Below are positions 18,873 to 27,789 of a DNA stretch of 60,695 bases, one piece after another. A program made the position numbers and the translations under genes. Every line of letters begins with the position of its first letter. Position 1 is the stretch's first letter. Under the pieces are notes generated by a model. It did no database searches. It was not told the DNA's origin and saw only the letters and a list, made by a program, of their open reading frames with translations. Origin of the DNA: an uncultured Candidatus Saccharibacteria bacterium (GTDB taxonomy: Bacteria; Patescibacteriota; Minisyncoccia; Phycocordibacterales; UBA918); contig CAZSOS010000001.1 of the NCBI GenBank assembly GCA_964608605.1, forward strand, positions 55,193 to 115,887, in the 5' to 3' direction.

Positions 18873-19559
18873 ATGCAAAAACCGGTGGCTTTTTTCGATA
18901 TCGACGGTACGGTGTTCCGCTCCAGTCTCTTAATCGAACTGGTGGATCGCTTGCTCGACGCCGGGATCTTTCCTCCGAGCTCCAGCGAGGAGTTCAGCGA
19001 GTTGAAGCGCCGCTGGCAGGATCGCGAAGGCCGCTACGAGGACTACATCGACGCTGTGGTCCGGGTGTTCCGGCGCGACATCAAAGGCGTCTTTTATGGC
19101 GACCTGGCCGACATCGGTCGCGAAGTCGTGGCCGAGAGGAGTAAGCGCGTCTACCGCTACACCCGCGATCTCATCAAGGAACTGAAACAGGACGGCTACT
19201 ACCTGGTGGCCATATCGCAGTCGCCGAAGACCATCCTCGACGACTTCTGCCGCCAATACGGCTTCGACAAGGTCTACGGCCGCATCTATGAGCTGGGTCC
19301 GCAAGACCGCTTCACCGGCGAGGTGACCGACGAGCACCTGATCTCCAACAAGGCCAATATCATCGCCCGCGTGTTTGAGAACCCCGAGTTGACGCGCGAG
19401 CGTTCCGTGGGGGTCGGCGACACCGAAGGCGACATCCCGCTCCTGGAAGCGGTGGAGCGGCCGATCTGCTTCAATCCCAACCAGCTGCTCCTAGAGCACG
19501 CCAAGCGGCGCGGGTGGCCTTTGGTTGTAGAGAGGAAGGACGTTATTTATGAGTTATAA
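18873..19559 (+). CDS. HAD-IB family phosphatase (SerB-like)
   Basis: FFDIDGT motif I, VGDTEGD motif IV, CFNPN. Confidence 0.9.
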   Translation: MQKPVAFFDIDGTVFRSSLLIELVDRLLDAGIFPPSSSEEFSELKRRWQDREGRYEDYIDAVVRVFRRDIKGVFYGDLADIGREVVAERSKRVYRYTRDLIKELKQDGYYLVAISQSPKTILDDFCRQYGFDKVYGRIYELGPQDRFTGEVTDEHLISNKANIIARVFENPELTRERSVGVGDTEGDIPLLEAVERPICFNPNQLLLEHAKRRGWPLVVERKDVIYEL

Positions 19560-19688
19560 CTAAACTTACTGAAAATCGAGATCTGCGGCATTGGACTTCA
19601 CAAAATAACACTCGCTGGACTAACTTTGCCCCACTCGCGTTATTTTGTTTGTCCGCCTTGCATCTGATCGATTTTCAACAAGTTTTAG
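19560..19688. repeat. ~129-bp long imperfect hairpin element
   Basis: Outer arms CTAAACTTACTGAAAATCGA / TCGATTTTCAACAAGTTTTAG; inner GGAC/GTCC and ACAAAATAAC/GTTATTTTGT. Confidence 0.7.
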
Positions 19689-19707
19689 GGTGTTGTACAA
19701 TGTGTAT

Positions 19708-19950
19708 ATGTCAAAGAAACTTTATCGAAGCGCTGATAACAAGCTCATCGCCGGCGTCTGCGCCGGTCTAGCCGAGTATTTCGACCACGATCCGACCTTG
19801 TGGCGCCTGGGCTTCGCGCTATTTCTGGTCGTTACCGGCTTCATGCCCGGCATCGTGCTCTACCTCATCGCTTGGATCGTGATGCCGCTCCCGGGCGAGA
19901 CCACCTTCGTCGAGGTCAAACCGGAGCCGGAAGCCAAAGACCAAATTTAG
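19708..19950 (+). CDS. pspC: PspC domain protein
   Basis: KKLYRS...[12 protein letters not shown]...YLIAWIVMP. Confidence 0.9.
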   Translation: MSKKLYRSADNKLIAGVCAGLAEYFDHDPTLWRLGFALFLVVTGFMPGIVLYLIAWIVMPLPGETTFVEVKPEPEAKDQI

Positions 19951-20020
19951 ACGCCGACTTATACAGGGTTTTCCCGGATCTTCCCAGACTCGATTCGCGG
20001 GTGCGGTATAATCGTATGAA

Positions 20021-20650
20021 ATGGAGCTTGAACGCAATGAACTCAATACCGCCGGCGCGGGCATGAACGCCGCCGACCGGCGTTCCAATATAGTCAGGAC
20101 GCTGACCGCCAACGACATCATCTTCTGGGGCTCGGACGCCTTCATCTCGGTGGCGCTGGCCCTCTTCGTGGTGTCGCACATCGGCGAGGCCACCATTTTG
20201 AACGTCGGCATCGCGCTCATGATCTACCGCGTGGTCGGTGCTATATCGGCTGTGCCGATCGGCCGCTGGTTCGACTCGCACAAAGGCTATCTCGACGAAG
20301 TGCGCGGCCTGTCCTTCGCCTGTCTGGCCGCCGGTAGCGTCTACGTGGCGCTCAGCTTCGCCACGGCCGTCTGGCAACTCTACGTCGGTATGTTCTTCCT
20401 GGGCATCTTCGTTACTGTCAGCCTCACTTCCTGGCGCATCCTTTTCTATAGCAATATCGGCAAGAAGCAGTTCGGCCAGACTATCGGCGTCTATCAGATG
20501 CTCTACTCGCTCGGTATCGGCCTCTTCCTGGCGGTCGGCGGCTTCGTCGGCGATCGCTATGGCTATGATGCCGTGCTGCTTCTTGGCGGCTTCCTGATGA
20601 TGTTCGGTAGTCTCTTGCCGATGCTGATCAGAGGGCATTTCAAGAAGTAG
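20021..20650 (+). CDS. Half-size MFS-like membrane protein
   Basis: 209 aa, 6 TM, GGFVGDRYGY loop motif. Confidence 0.65.
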   Translation: MELERNELNTAGAGMNAADRRSNIVRTLTANDIIFWGSDAFISVALALFVVSHIGEATILNVGIALMIYRVVGAISAVPIGRWFDSHKGYLDEVRGLSFACLAAGSVYVALSFATAVWQLYVGMFFLGIFVTVSLTSWRILFYSNIGKKQFGQTIGVYQMLYSLGIGLFLAVGGFVGDRYGYDAVLLLGGFLMMFGSLLPMLIRGHFKK

Positions 20651-20727
20651 AGGTCGATCCACCACCGGAAAAACCTTTGGAGGAGCCTGCCGAAGGTACG
20701 GGGATGGGTGAGGGAGGGTGAGAAAAG

Positions 20728-20754
20728 ACAAGGCGGCCTTTCGGGCCGCCTTGT
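20728..20754. terminator. Intrinsic terminator-like hairpin
   Basis: ACAAGGCGGCC/GGCCGCCTTGT stem with T-rich flanks. Confidence 0.7.
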
Positions 20755-20759
20755 TCTTA

Positions 20760-20949
20760 TTTATGATATCCTCAATGATATCATAAACCTCTATCCGCAC
20801 CATCGACCATACCAACCGGTCCACACGGTCTTGATATCATTGAGGATATCATAAGTTTGAAAACCTTTGAGTCTTAGTGTCATCAGAAGTATCAGAACTT
20901 ACGTGAGCTTGCACGTTACCACTTCTTGATATCATTGAGGATATCATGA
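20760..20949. repeat. Array of three GATATC-N6-GATATC dyad sites (one inverted, two direct)
   Basis: Sites at 20760-20787 (spacer CTCAAT), 20829-20854 and 20924-20949 (spacer ATTGAG). Confidence 0.9.
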
Positions 20950-20953
20950 CCAA

Positions 20954-20986
20954 GTAAAGGCCGGCCCCGTAGGGGCCGGCCTTTAC
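20954..20986. terminator. Terminator-like hairpin downstream of rnj
   Basis: 15-bp perfect stem GTAAAGGCCGGCCCC/GGGGCCGGCCTTTAC. Confidence 0.75.
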
Positions 20987-21014
20987 TAACCACTGGCAAC
21001 TACCAACTAAAAAC

Positions 21015-23018
21015 TTAAATTCCTATCAATACCGGAATGACCATCGGGGTCTTATTGGTGCGCTGCATCAGGAAGCCGCTCACTGTATTGGTGAGCTCGT
21101 CCTTGACGTAATCGAGGTCCAGCGGGTGCATCTTCTCGGTGTGCTTCTCGACCGTGCGCTTGATGAGCGTGCGGGCTTCGGAGAGAAGCTGCTGGTTCTC
21201 GCGCAGGTACACGAAGCCGCGGGAGATGATGTCCGGCGACTTGCGGAGCTTGCCGTTCTTGGTGTTCACCGTGGCGATGATGACGAACATGCCGTCCTCG
21301 GCCAGGGTCTGGCGGTCGCGTAGGACCACTTCCTGTCTAGCGCCGACGGTGAAGCCGTCCACCAAGACCATCTCGGTCGGGGCCTTCTCCTTCAGCACCT
21401 TCATCTCGGTGCCGTTCTTGAATTCGATGATGGTGCCGTTGTCGGGCACGGTGATGTTCTCACGCGGGAAGCCGTTCTCGATGGCGGCGTACATATGGCT
21501 CTTCAGGTGGAAGTGGTGTCCGTGGACCGGCACCAGGAACTTCGGCTTCACGGCCTGATGTACCCACACCAGCTCGCCGGCGTTGCCGTGGCCGGAAGAG
21601 TGGACCGAGGCTGAGCGGTAGTTCACCACGCGCACGTTCTTGCGGTAGATGTTGTCCTTGAGCTTCTGCACCGCGATCTCATTACCTGGGATGACAGAGG
21701 AAGAGAGCACCACGGTGTCGCGCTCGGTGAGGGTGATGAACTTGTGCTTGTCGGTGGCCATGCGCATCAGGGCGGCGAATTCCTCGCCCTGGGCGCCGGT
21801 CGACAGGATGACGATCTTGTCCGAAGGGTAGTCGCCCATGTCGCCGGCGTTGATGAAGATCCGGTCATCGACGTCCATCAGCTTCGCCGTGCGGGCGATG
21901 TCGATGTTGGTCTTGATGGAACGGCCTTCGAGCACTACCTTCTTGCCGTATTTCTCGCAGGACTTGATGACGGCGGTCAGGCGCTCGAACTGCGAGGCGA
22001 AGGTGCCGACGATGAGCCGGCCGGTGGCGTCCTTGATGATCCGGTCCAGGGTGGCCAATACTTCGCCTTCCGGCGCGGAGAAGCCCTCCCGGTCGGCGTT
22101 GGTGGAGTCGCAGATCAGGACCAGGTTGTTGTTCTTGCCCACCTTTTCCCATTCTTCCTTTTCGTCGAGGACGACGTCGCCGTTCTCGTGAGTGAGACGA
22201 ATGTCGCCGGTAATGACCACGTCGCCGTGCTTGGTCTCCACGCACACGCCCATGGCGTCAGGGATGGAGTGGGTGACCGGGAAGGTCTTGATCTTGGTCT
22301 TGCCCACGGTGAAAGAGTCGCCCTCCTTGACGATGTGCATGTCGACCGGGTCCAGATGCGGGAATTCCTCCTGGCGCTTCTTGATCATGAGAGAGGTCAG
22401 GTACTGGGTATAGATCGGCGGGTTGCCGATGCGCTCCATGACGAACGGAATGCCGCCGATGTGGTCGAGGTGGCCGTGGGTGACGACGAGGGCGCGGATC
22501 TTGTGCTTCCGTTCCTCGACGTACTGGGTGTTCGGCAGGATGTAATTGACGCCCGGGGCGTTCGATTCCTCGGAAACGAACTGGAAGCCGATATCGAAAA
22601 TGATCAGGTCGTCCTTGGTCTCGACGACGATCATGTTGCGGCCGATCTCCTCGACGCCCGAGATCGGGATGACGCGGACCGTGTCATCGTCGAGGATCTC
22701 CGGCAGTTTCGGGGCGCGTTCGTCCACCTGGGCCATGCGGTGCTGCAGGGCCGGGGCTTTGTTGGAGCGGCGCTTGTTGCCGAAACGGGAGGATGACCGG
22801 CGCGAGCGGCCGGCCGAACGGCCTTCGGCCGGCTTGGCCTCTACTCCTTCCGCCGGACGCGCCGCCGCGGGGCGGGCCGTCCGCTCACCAGGACGCCGGT
22901 CTTTGTTGAAACGCCGGCCGCGACTTCGGCCCTGGCCCGCGCCGCCGCGGTAGGTGAAGGTCCGCCTCTTGGAGCCGGTCTCGGGGGTCTTGCCGCTAGA
23001 ATTGTTAGAGTCGTTCAT
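21015..23018 (-). CDS. rnj: Ribonuclease J with Arg/Ser-rich N-terminal extension
   Basis: EEIGRNM, THGHLDHIG, STGAQGE, HSSGHG, PVHG. Confidence 0.97.
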   Translation of the reverse strand: MNDSNNSSGKTPETGSKRRTFTYRGGAGQGRSRGRRFNKDRRPGERTARPAAARPAEGVEAKPAEGRSAGRSRRSSSRFGNKRRSNKAPALQHRMAQVDERAPKLPEILDDDTVRVIPISGVEEIGRNMIVVETKDDLIIFDIGFQFVSEESNAPGVNYILPNTQYVEERKHKIRALVVTHGHLDHIGGIPFVMERIGNPPIYTQYLTSLMIKKRQEEFPHLDPVDMHIVKEGDSFTVGKTKIKTFPVTHSIPDAMGVCVETKHGDVVITGDIRLTHENGDVVLDEKEEWEKVGKNNNLVLICDSTNADREGFSAPEGEVLATLDRIIKDATGRLIVGTFASQFERLTAVIKSCEKYGKKVVLEGRSIKTNIDIARTAKLMDVDDRIFINAGDMGDYPSDKIVILSTGAQGEEFAALMRMATDKHKFITLTERDTVVLSSSVIPGNEIAVQKLKDNIYRKNVRVVNYRSASVHSSGHGNAGELVWVHQAVKPKFLVPVHGHHFHLKSHMYAAIENGFPRENITVPDNGTIIEFKNGTEMKVLKEKAPTEMVLVDGFTVGARQEVVLRDRQTLAEDGMFVIIATVNTKNGKLRKSPDIISRGFVYLRENQQLLSEARTLIKRTVEKHTEKMHPLDLDYVKDELTNTVSGFLMQRTNKTPMVIPVLIGI

Positions 23019-23065
23019 GAATTTTTATTGAATGTTAATGGGATTTTTAATTTGAATATCGGATG

Positions 23066-24808
23066 TCAGTTCTGTCTGTCCGCGAACATGGGCCACACTC
23101 CGCTCTCGTTCATGTACCATTCTCCGATGTTGGCGAATCGTTCGCTCTGTCTCTGCAATTGTCTGAATCCCGGAGTGGTGAGCGAGTGGGTGGTCACGTA
23201 GTCGAAGGTCGGCGTGAACAGGAAGATGGCCGGCCGTTCCTTCTCGATCTCGGTGACGAAGCGGCCGATGAGCTCGTCGCGGGCCTCCGTAGAGGTGGCG
23301 ACGCGCACCTCGTTCACCAACCGGTCGACGGTGATGTTGGCATATAAAGAGACGTTAAGGCCCGGATCCTCGCGGCTAGCCGAATGCCAGAACGGATAAA
23401 GGTCCAGCGATCGGCCGATGTCCATGCCGAAGAGGAGGGCCTGATAATCGCGCGGGCGGATGATGGTCTGCACCAGGTCGCTCTGTTCGTAGAACTCGAA
23501 GTTCACTTCGGCTCCGAGCGCTTGCCAGGTCTCGCTCAGATAGGCGGCCATCTTTTCGAAGAGTTCGCCGTTGGCGGAGCGAACAGTGAAGATGAGAGGC
23601 ACGTTGGCGCCGTCGATCTGCTTCTCCCAACGCCCGTTCTGGCCTCGGGTCCAGCCGCCGTTCGTCAAAATGGCGGCGGCCGCGGCCAATCGGTCTTCGG
23701 TGGAGCTGGAGGTCGCCGTTTCGAGACCTTCGATCCAGCCGGCCGGAATCGGGGTGTGGGCGGGGCGGCCGAAACCATTGACCGAGCGCTTGATGAGCTC
23801 TTCGCGGTCGATGGCGGCGTCGAGGGCCTGGCGCGCGGCGGCGTCGCGCAGGACCGGGGTGCGGTTCTGGTTCATGAAAATGGAAAAGACGCGCGGCAGC
23901 GACTCGGAGGTGAGCTTGTATCGGCTCTGATCGAGTCCGGATAGCCACTTTTCTCCCAACGCGGCCGTGCTAGTGATCTCGCCGCGGCGCAGGGCGCCCT
24001 GGAGCTCTTCTTCGTTCTGGTAGTAGCGGACGATGACGCGTTCGATATGGGCGTCGCGCTTATGGTCGTCGGCGGGGACCAGCTCGTATTCGGAGACCAA
24101 TCCGGCCGGACTGCGCTTCACCAGGCCGACGCGGTAAGGGCCGCTGCCCACCGGCTCTATGTTGTGTTGGCTAAAAGGAAACTCCTCGTCGGTCAGATTC
24201 TGCCAGATGTGCTTCGGCAGGATGCCCAGGGTGAGGTTCTCCCGGAAGGGAGCGTAAGGGCTTTCTAGGACCAGGTTCAGTTCGCGGCTGTTGATCACTT
24301 CCACCGTTACTCCGCTCCAGTTGCCACGGATCGGCGATTTGAGATTGGGCTTTTGGATGAGGGCGATGGTGAAGGCGATGTCCTCGGCGGTCACCCTGAC
24401 GCCGTCATGGAAATGGCGGTCGGTCTTAAGGACTATGTTGTAGACGCGGCCATCGTCGGAGATGGTGACGCTTTCGGCCAGGTCGTTCTCCAGGGCGCCT
24501 TCGGGAGACAGGCGCATGATGCCGCTGTAGGTCAGCATCATGAGGTCGTGATCGGCGCGGGTGATGGCCAGTACCGGGTTGATGAAGCGCGGAGCGCCGA
24601 TGGCGCCCTCGATCAGGGTGCCGCCTTGGACCGGCACTTCCACCAGAAAACCGCGGGCGAAAGCGTAGAAGCTATACGCGGCGGTGATGATGAAGACCAG
24701 GCCGATCAGAGAGACGAGCAGGCGATCGAACGGGCGCAAAGACTCCAGGTGATCGAACAGCCGATCGAACAAGGGAAAGCCGGAGGGCTTCAAAGATGAT
24801 AGGTTCAT
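23066..24808 (-). CDS. ABC transporter substrate-binding protein, family 5 (OppA/DppA-like)
   Basis: PRFINPVLA, FHDGVRVTAEDIAFT, PVGSGPY, WQALG. Start set at ATG 24808. Confidence 0.9.
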   Translation of the reverse strand: MNLSSLKPSGFPLFDRLFDHLESLRPFDRLLVSLIGLVFIITAAYSFYAFARGFLVEVPVQGGTLIEGAIGAPRFINPVLAITRADHDLMMLTYSGIMRLSPEGALENDLAESVTISDDGRVYNIVLKTDRHFHDGVRVTAEDIAFTIALIQKPNLKSPIRGNWSGVTVEVINSRELNLVLESPYAPFRENLTLGILPKHIWQNLTDEEFPFSQHNIEPVGSGPYRVGLVKRSPAGLVSEYELVPADDHKRDAHIERVIVRYYQNEEELQGALRRGEITSTAALGEKWLSGLDQSRYKLTSESLPRVFSIFMNQNRTPVLRDAAARQALDAAIDREELIKRSVNGFGRPAHTPIPAGWIEGLETATSSSTEDRLAAAAAILTNGGWTRGQNGRWEKQIDGANVPLIFTVRSANGELFEKMAAYLSETWQALGAEVNFEFYEQSDLVQTIIRPRDYQALLFGMDIGRSLDLYPFWHSASREDPGLNVSLYANITVDRLVNEVRVATSTEARDELIGRFVTEIEKERPAIFLFTPTFDYVTTHSLTTPGFRQLQRQSERFANIGEWYMNESGVWPMFADRQN

Positions 24809-24966
24809 GAGTGAATAACTGACGGGTAATGTCTGGAATTCTTCCTTAATTAAGGCGATAGGGACCCGACTGGGACCGGCTCTGGGAGCGGGTTTGTCAA
24901 ACGGCAGGGGCGCGTACCGGGGAGCGCCGTCGCGCGTCCCGGTCATCGCCCTCTTAGAGTATCGGG

Positions 24967-25209
24967 CTAGGCGACAAGGTTAAGTAGTGCCGACAGTACG
25001 AAGAGCACCGCCAAAACGATCGAAGCTCGGAACAGGAAAAGTTCACCGCCGCGGCGCTTGTGAAAGGCTGCCGAGAAGTTGTCTCCGCCGAAAGCTCCGC
25101 CAAGACTAGAGCCTCTCTGTTGGAGCAGGATCGCTGCCACAAGTAGGATGGAGAGGATTATCTGAATGTAAGGGAGGATCGGTACAATGACTGATCGGAC
25201 GAATTCCAT
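24967..25209 (-). CDS. secG: Preprotein translocase subunit SecG
   Basis: ILLQQRGSSLGGAFGG...KRRGGELFL, two TM segments. Confidence 0.9.
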   Translation of the reverse strand: MEFVRSVIVPILPYIQIILSILLVAAILLQQRGSSLGGAFGGDNFSAAFHKRRGGELFLFRASIVLAVLFVLSALLNLVA

Positions 25210-25256
25210 GTCGTATAGGAGTATAACACGGTCCGCGGGAAACTCAAAATCACTGA

Positions 25257-25280
25257 ACCCCGAGGCGGATGCCTCGGGGG
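25257..25280. terminator. Terminator-like hairpin
   Basis: ACCCCGAGGC-GGAT-GCCTCGGGGT. Confidence 0.55.
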
Positions 25281-25292
25281 TATGATTGGTGT

Positions 25293-25607
25293 TCATTCTG
25301 CCAGGTCTCTGTGGCGCTGTCTCTCGCCAAGGTCCATTATCCATACCTGGATAATGGGTACCCCGAACGTAATTGATAGTAGGATGGCGGTTACTTGAAG
25401 ACCGTTGGCCTGATCGAAAGGAAATATCACACCCACTATTGCGGCTATGCAAACGACAGAGAGCACCATTACCGTGGCCAACACAATGAATGACGCGAAA
25501 CCCAGTGTCGTTTCTTGGACCAGTCTATGCCACCAGTAGTTGGTGGCAGACACGGCTGTCAATATGATCGCCGCTCCGACCAGTGTGATAAACGAATCGG
25601 TGGTCAT
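25293..25607 (-). CDS. Hypothetical 3-TM membrane protein
   Basis: 104 aa, AAGGAGGGAG RBS upstream. Confidence 0.65.
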   Translation of the reverse strand: MTTDSFITLVGAAIILTAVSATNYWWHRLVQETTLGFASFIVLATVMVLSVVCIAAIVGVIFPFDQANGLQVTAILLSITFGVPIIQVWIMDLGERQRHRDLAE

Positions 25608-25658
25608 TATGAACTCCCTCCTTGTTCCCCCGGGAACGGTAGCATAAAGTCTGGAATT

Positions 25659-25687
25659 TTGACATAGCTCTCATTGCTTCCTATAAT
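25659..25687 (+). promoter_or_regulatory. Consensus sigma70 promoter of groESL
   Basis: TTGACA-17bp-TATAAT, exact consensus. Confidence 0.9.
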
Positions 25688-25758
25688 CAACCCGCCTACC
25701 GGCGCTTTTACGCGTCGGTGACGTGTGTTATTGGAATTTTTGAAAACAAGCTTTTTCT

Positions 25759-26067
25759 ATGTCAGAACTTAAATTGAAACCCCTCGCCGATCGCGTCGTG
25801 GTCCGTCCACTGACCGATGAGGAAGCGGGGAACGTATCAGCCTCGGGCATCATCATTCCGGATACCGCCAAGAAAGATAAGCCGGAACAGGGTATCGTCG
25901 TGTCCGTTGGCGCTGGAAAATGGGACGAAGACGGCGAGAAGCGCGTACCGATGGAAGTTTCAGTGGGTGACAAGGTAATTTTCCGCACTTGGGGCGAAGC
26001 GACCAAACTGGACGACAAGGAATACTGGATATTATCAGAAAGCGACATCTTAGCAGTAATTAACTAG
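25759..26067 (+). CDS. groES: Co-chaperonin GroES
   Basis: LKPLADRVVV, GIIIPDTAKKDKPEQG, ESDILAVI. Confidence 0.98.
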   Translation: MSELKLKPLADRVVVRPLTDEEAGNVSASGIIIPDTAKKDKPEQGIVVSVGAGKWDEDGEKRVPMEVSVGDKVIFRTWGEATKLDDKEYWILSESDILAVIN

Positions 26068-26143
26068 CACATAGCTTTTAGCACTTAGCGTTAAGAGAAT
26101 TTTCTCACCAAGTGCCAAGAGCTAATAACTAAGAGCTGAACTA
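26065..26143. repeat. 7-nt-periodic inverted arms (empty heptamer element)
   Basis: TAGCACA TAGCTTT TAGCACT TAGCGTT ... CAAGTGC CAAGAGC TAATAAC TAAGAGC. Confidence 0.75.
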
Positions 26144-27789
26144 TGGCTAAACAAGTGATTTTCGACGAAGAAGTGAAGAAGAAGCTCAAGAAGGGCGTCG
26201 ACACGGTGGCCAACGCGGTCAAGGTGACCTTAGGTCCGCGCGGTCGCAACGTCATTCTCGACAAAGGCTATGGCGGTCCGACCATCACCAACGACGGCGT
26301 CTCCATCGCCAAGGAGATCACCTTGAAGGACAAGTTCGAGAACATGGGCGCCGAGATCGTGAAGGAGGTGGCTAACAAGACCAACGAACTGGCCGGCGAC
26401 GGCACCACCACCGCCACAGTGCTGATGCAGGCTTTAGTGAACGAGGGCCTGCGCCAGACCTCCCTGGGACTCAACTCCATGGCCGTGCGCACCGGCATGG
26501 AGCACGCGGCCGTCGACGTGGTCGAGGCTCTGAAAGAAATGTCCACCAAGATCAAGTCGACCGACGAGATCAAGCAGGTGGCCACCATCTCCGCCGAGAG
26601 CGCCGAGATCGGCGAGAAGATCGCCGAGACCATCGAGAAGGTGGGCAAGGACGGGGTGGTCACCGTCGAGGAGGGTCAGTCCTTCGGCATCGAGACCGAG
26701 TTCACCGAAGGCATGGAGTTCGACAAGGGCTACGTCTCGCCCTACATGGTGACCAATACCGAACGCATGGAGGCGGAATATAAGGATGCCGACATCCTCA
26801 TCACCGACAAGAAGGTGTCGAGCGTGAAGGAGATACTGCCGCTCCTTGAGAAGATCGCGCAGTCCGGCCGCAAGGAGCTGGTCATCATCGCCGACGATAT
26901 CGACGGCGAGGCTTTGACCACCTTCGTCATCAATAAGCTCAAGGGCGGCTTCTCCGTGCTCGGCATCAAAGCGCCGGGTTTCGGCGACCGCAAGAAGGAA
27001 GTCTTGCAGGACATCGCCATCATGACCGGCGGACAGGTGATCACCGAGGAGCTCGGTCTGAAGCTCGAGAACGCGGAGCTAGAACAGCTCGGCAAGGCCG
27101 GCCGCGTCGTTTCCACCAAGGACAGCACGGTCATCGTGGGCGGCGCTGGAAAGAAGAAGGATATCGAAGAGCGGGTAGCAGCGCTACGTTCTCAACTGGA
27201 GAACACCACTTCCAAGTACGATAAGGAGAAGCTGGAGGAGCGCGTCGCCAAGCTTGGCGGCGGCGTCGCCGTGCTGCGAGTGGGCGCGGCCACCGAGACC
27301 GAGATGAAGTATCTGAAGCTCAAGATCGAGGACGCCGTCAACGCCACCAAGGCGGCCATCGATGAAGGTATTGTGCCTGGCGGCGGTACGGCGCTCACGC
27401 GCGCGGCCGCTAAGGTGGAAAAGGAAGTGCTCGGAAAGAAAGATCTCGGCCGCGAGGAACTGGTCGGCTATAACATCGTCTTAAAGGCGCTCGAAGTACC
27501 GCTCAAGCAGATCGCCGACAATACTGGCAAGATCGACGGCGCCGTGGTGGTCGACAAAGTGAAGAACGCCAAAGGCAATTACGGTTTCGACGCCTTCAAG
27601 GGCGAGTTCGTCGAAGATATGATCAAGGCCGGTATCATCGACCCGGTCAAGGTAGAGCGTGCCGGCGTGCAGCACGCCGTCTCGGCCGCGGCCATTCTCC
27701 TCACCTCAGAGGCGGCTATCGCCGATGAGCCGGAGGAACATAAGCACGCCCCGATGCCGGACATGGGTGGCATGGGCGGGATGTACTAA
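26143..27789 (+). CDS. groEL: Chaperonin GroEL
   Basis: VTLGPRGRNV, AGDGTTTATV, GGMGGMY C-terminus. Confidence 0.99.
   Translation: MAKQVIFDEEVKKKLKKGVDTVANAVKVTLGPRGRNVILDKGYGGPTITNDGVSIAKEITLKDKFENMGAEIVKEVANKTNELAGDGTTTATVLMQALVNEGLRQTSLGLNSMAVRTGMEHAAVDVVEALKEMSTKIKSTDEIKQVATISAESAEIGEKIAETIEKVGKDGVVTVEEGQSFGIETEFTEGMEFDKGYVSPYMVTNTERMEAEYKDADILITDKKVSSVKEILPLLEKIAQSGRKELVIIADDIDGEALTTFVINKLKGGFSVLGIKAPGFGDRKKEVLQDIAIMTGGQVITEELGLKLENAELEQLGKAGRVVSTKDSTVIVGGAGKKKDIEERVAALRSQLENTTSKYDKEKLEERVAKLGGGVAVLRVGAATETEMKYLKLKIEDAVNATKAAIDEGIVPGGGTALTRAAAKVEKEVLGKKDLGREELVGYNIVLKALEVPLKQIADNTGKIDGAVVVDKVKNAKGNYGFDAFKGEFVEDMIKAGIIDPVKVERAGVQHAVSAAAILLTSEAAIADEPEEHKHAPMPDMGGMGGMY

Noticed and set aside
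20760-20949. CRISPR array
   Set aside because: Only three repeats, one inverted, spacers of 42 and 69 bp, and no cas genes or leader in the window
24916-24926. ZTP riboswitch (ACCGGGGAGCG word)
   Set aside because: On the strand opposite the flanking genes, and lacks the 3' CGCCUGGG pseudoknot element
24809-25452. Long N-terminal extensions on SecG and the ABC binding protein in the ORF track
   Set aside because: Homology and -10 spacing support starts at 25209 and 24808; the extensions cross a terminator hairpin or structured intergenic DNA
26079-26119. CIRCE (HrcA operator) at groESL
   Set aside because: TTAGCACTT...AAGTGCCAA resembles the arms, but the spacer is 23 bp rather than 9 and it lies between groES and groEL; better explained by the heptamer arms
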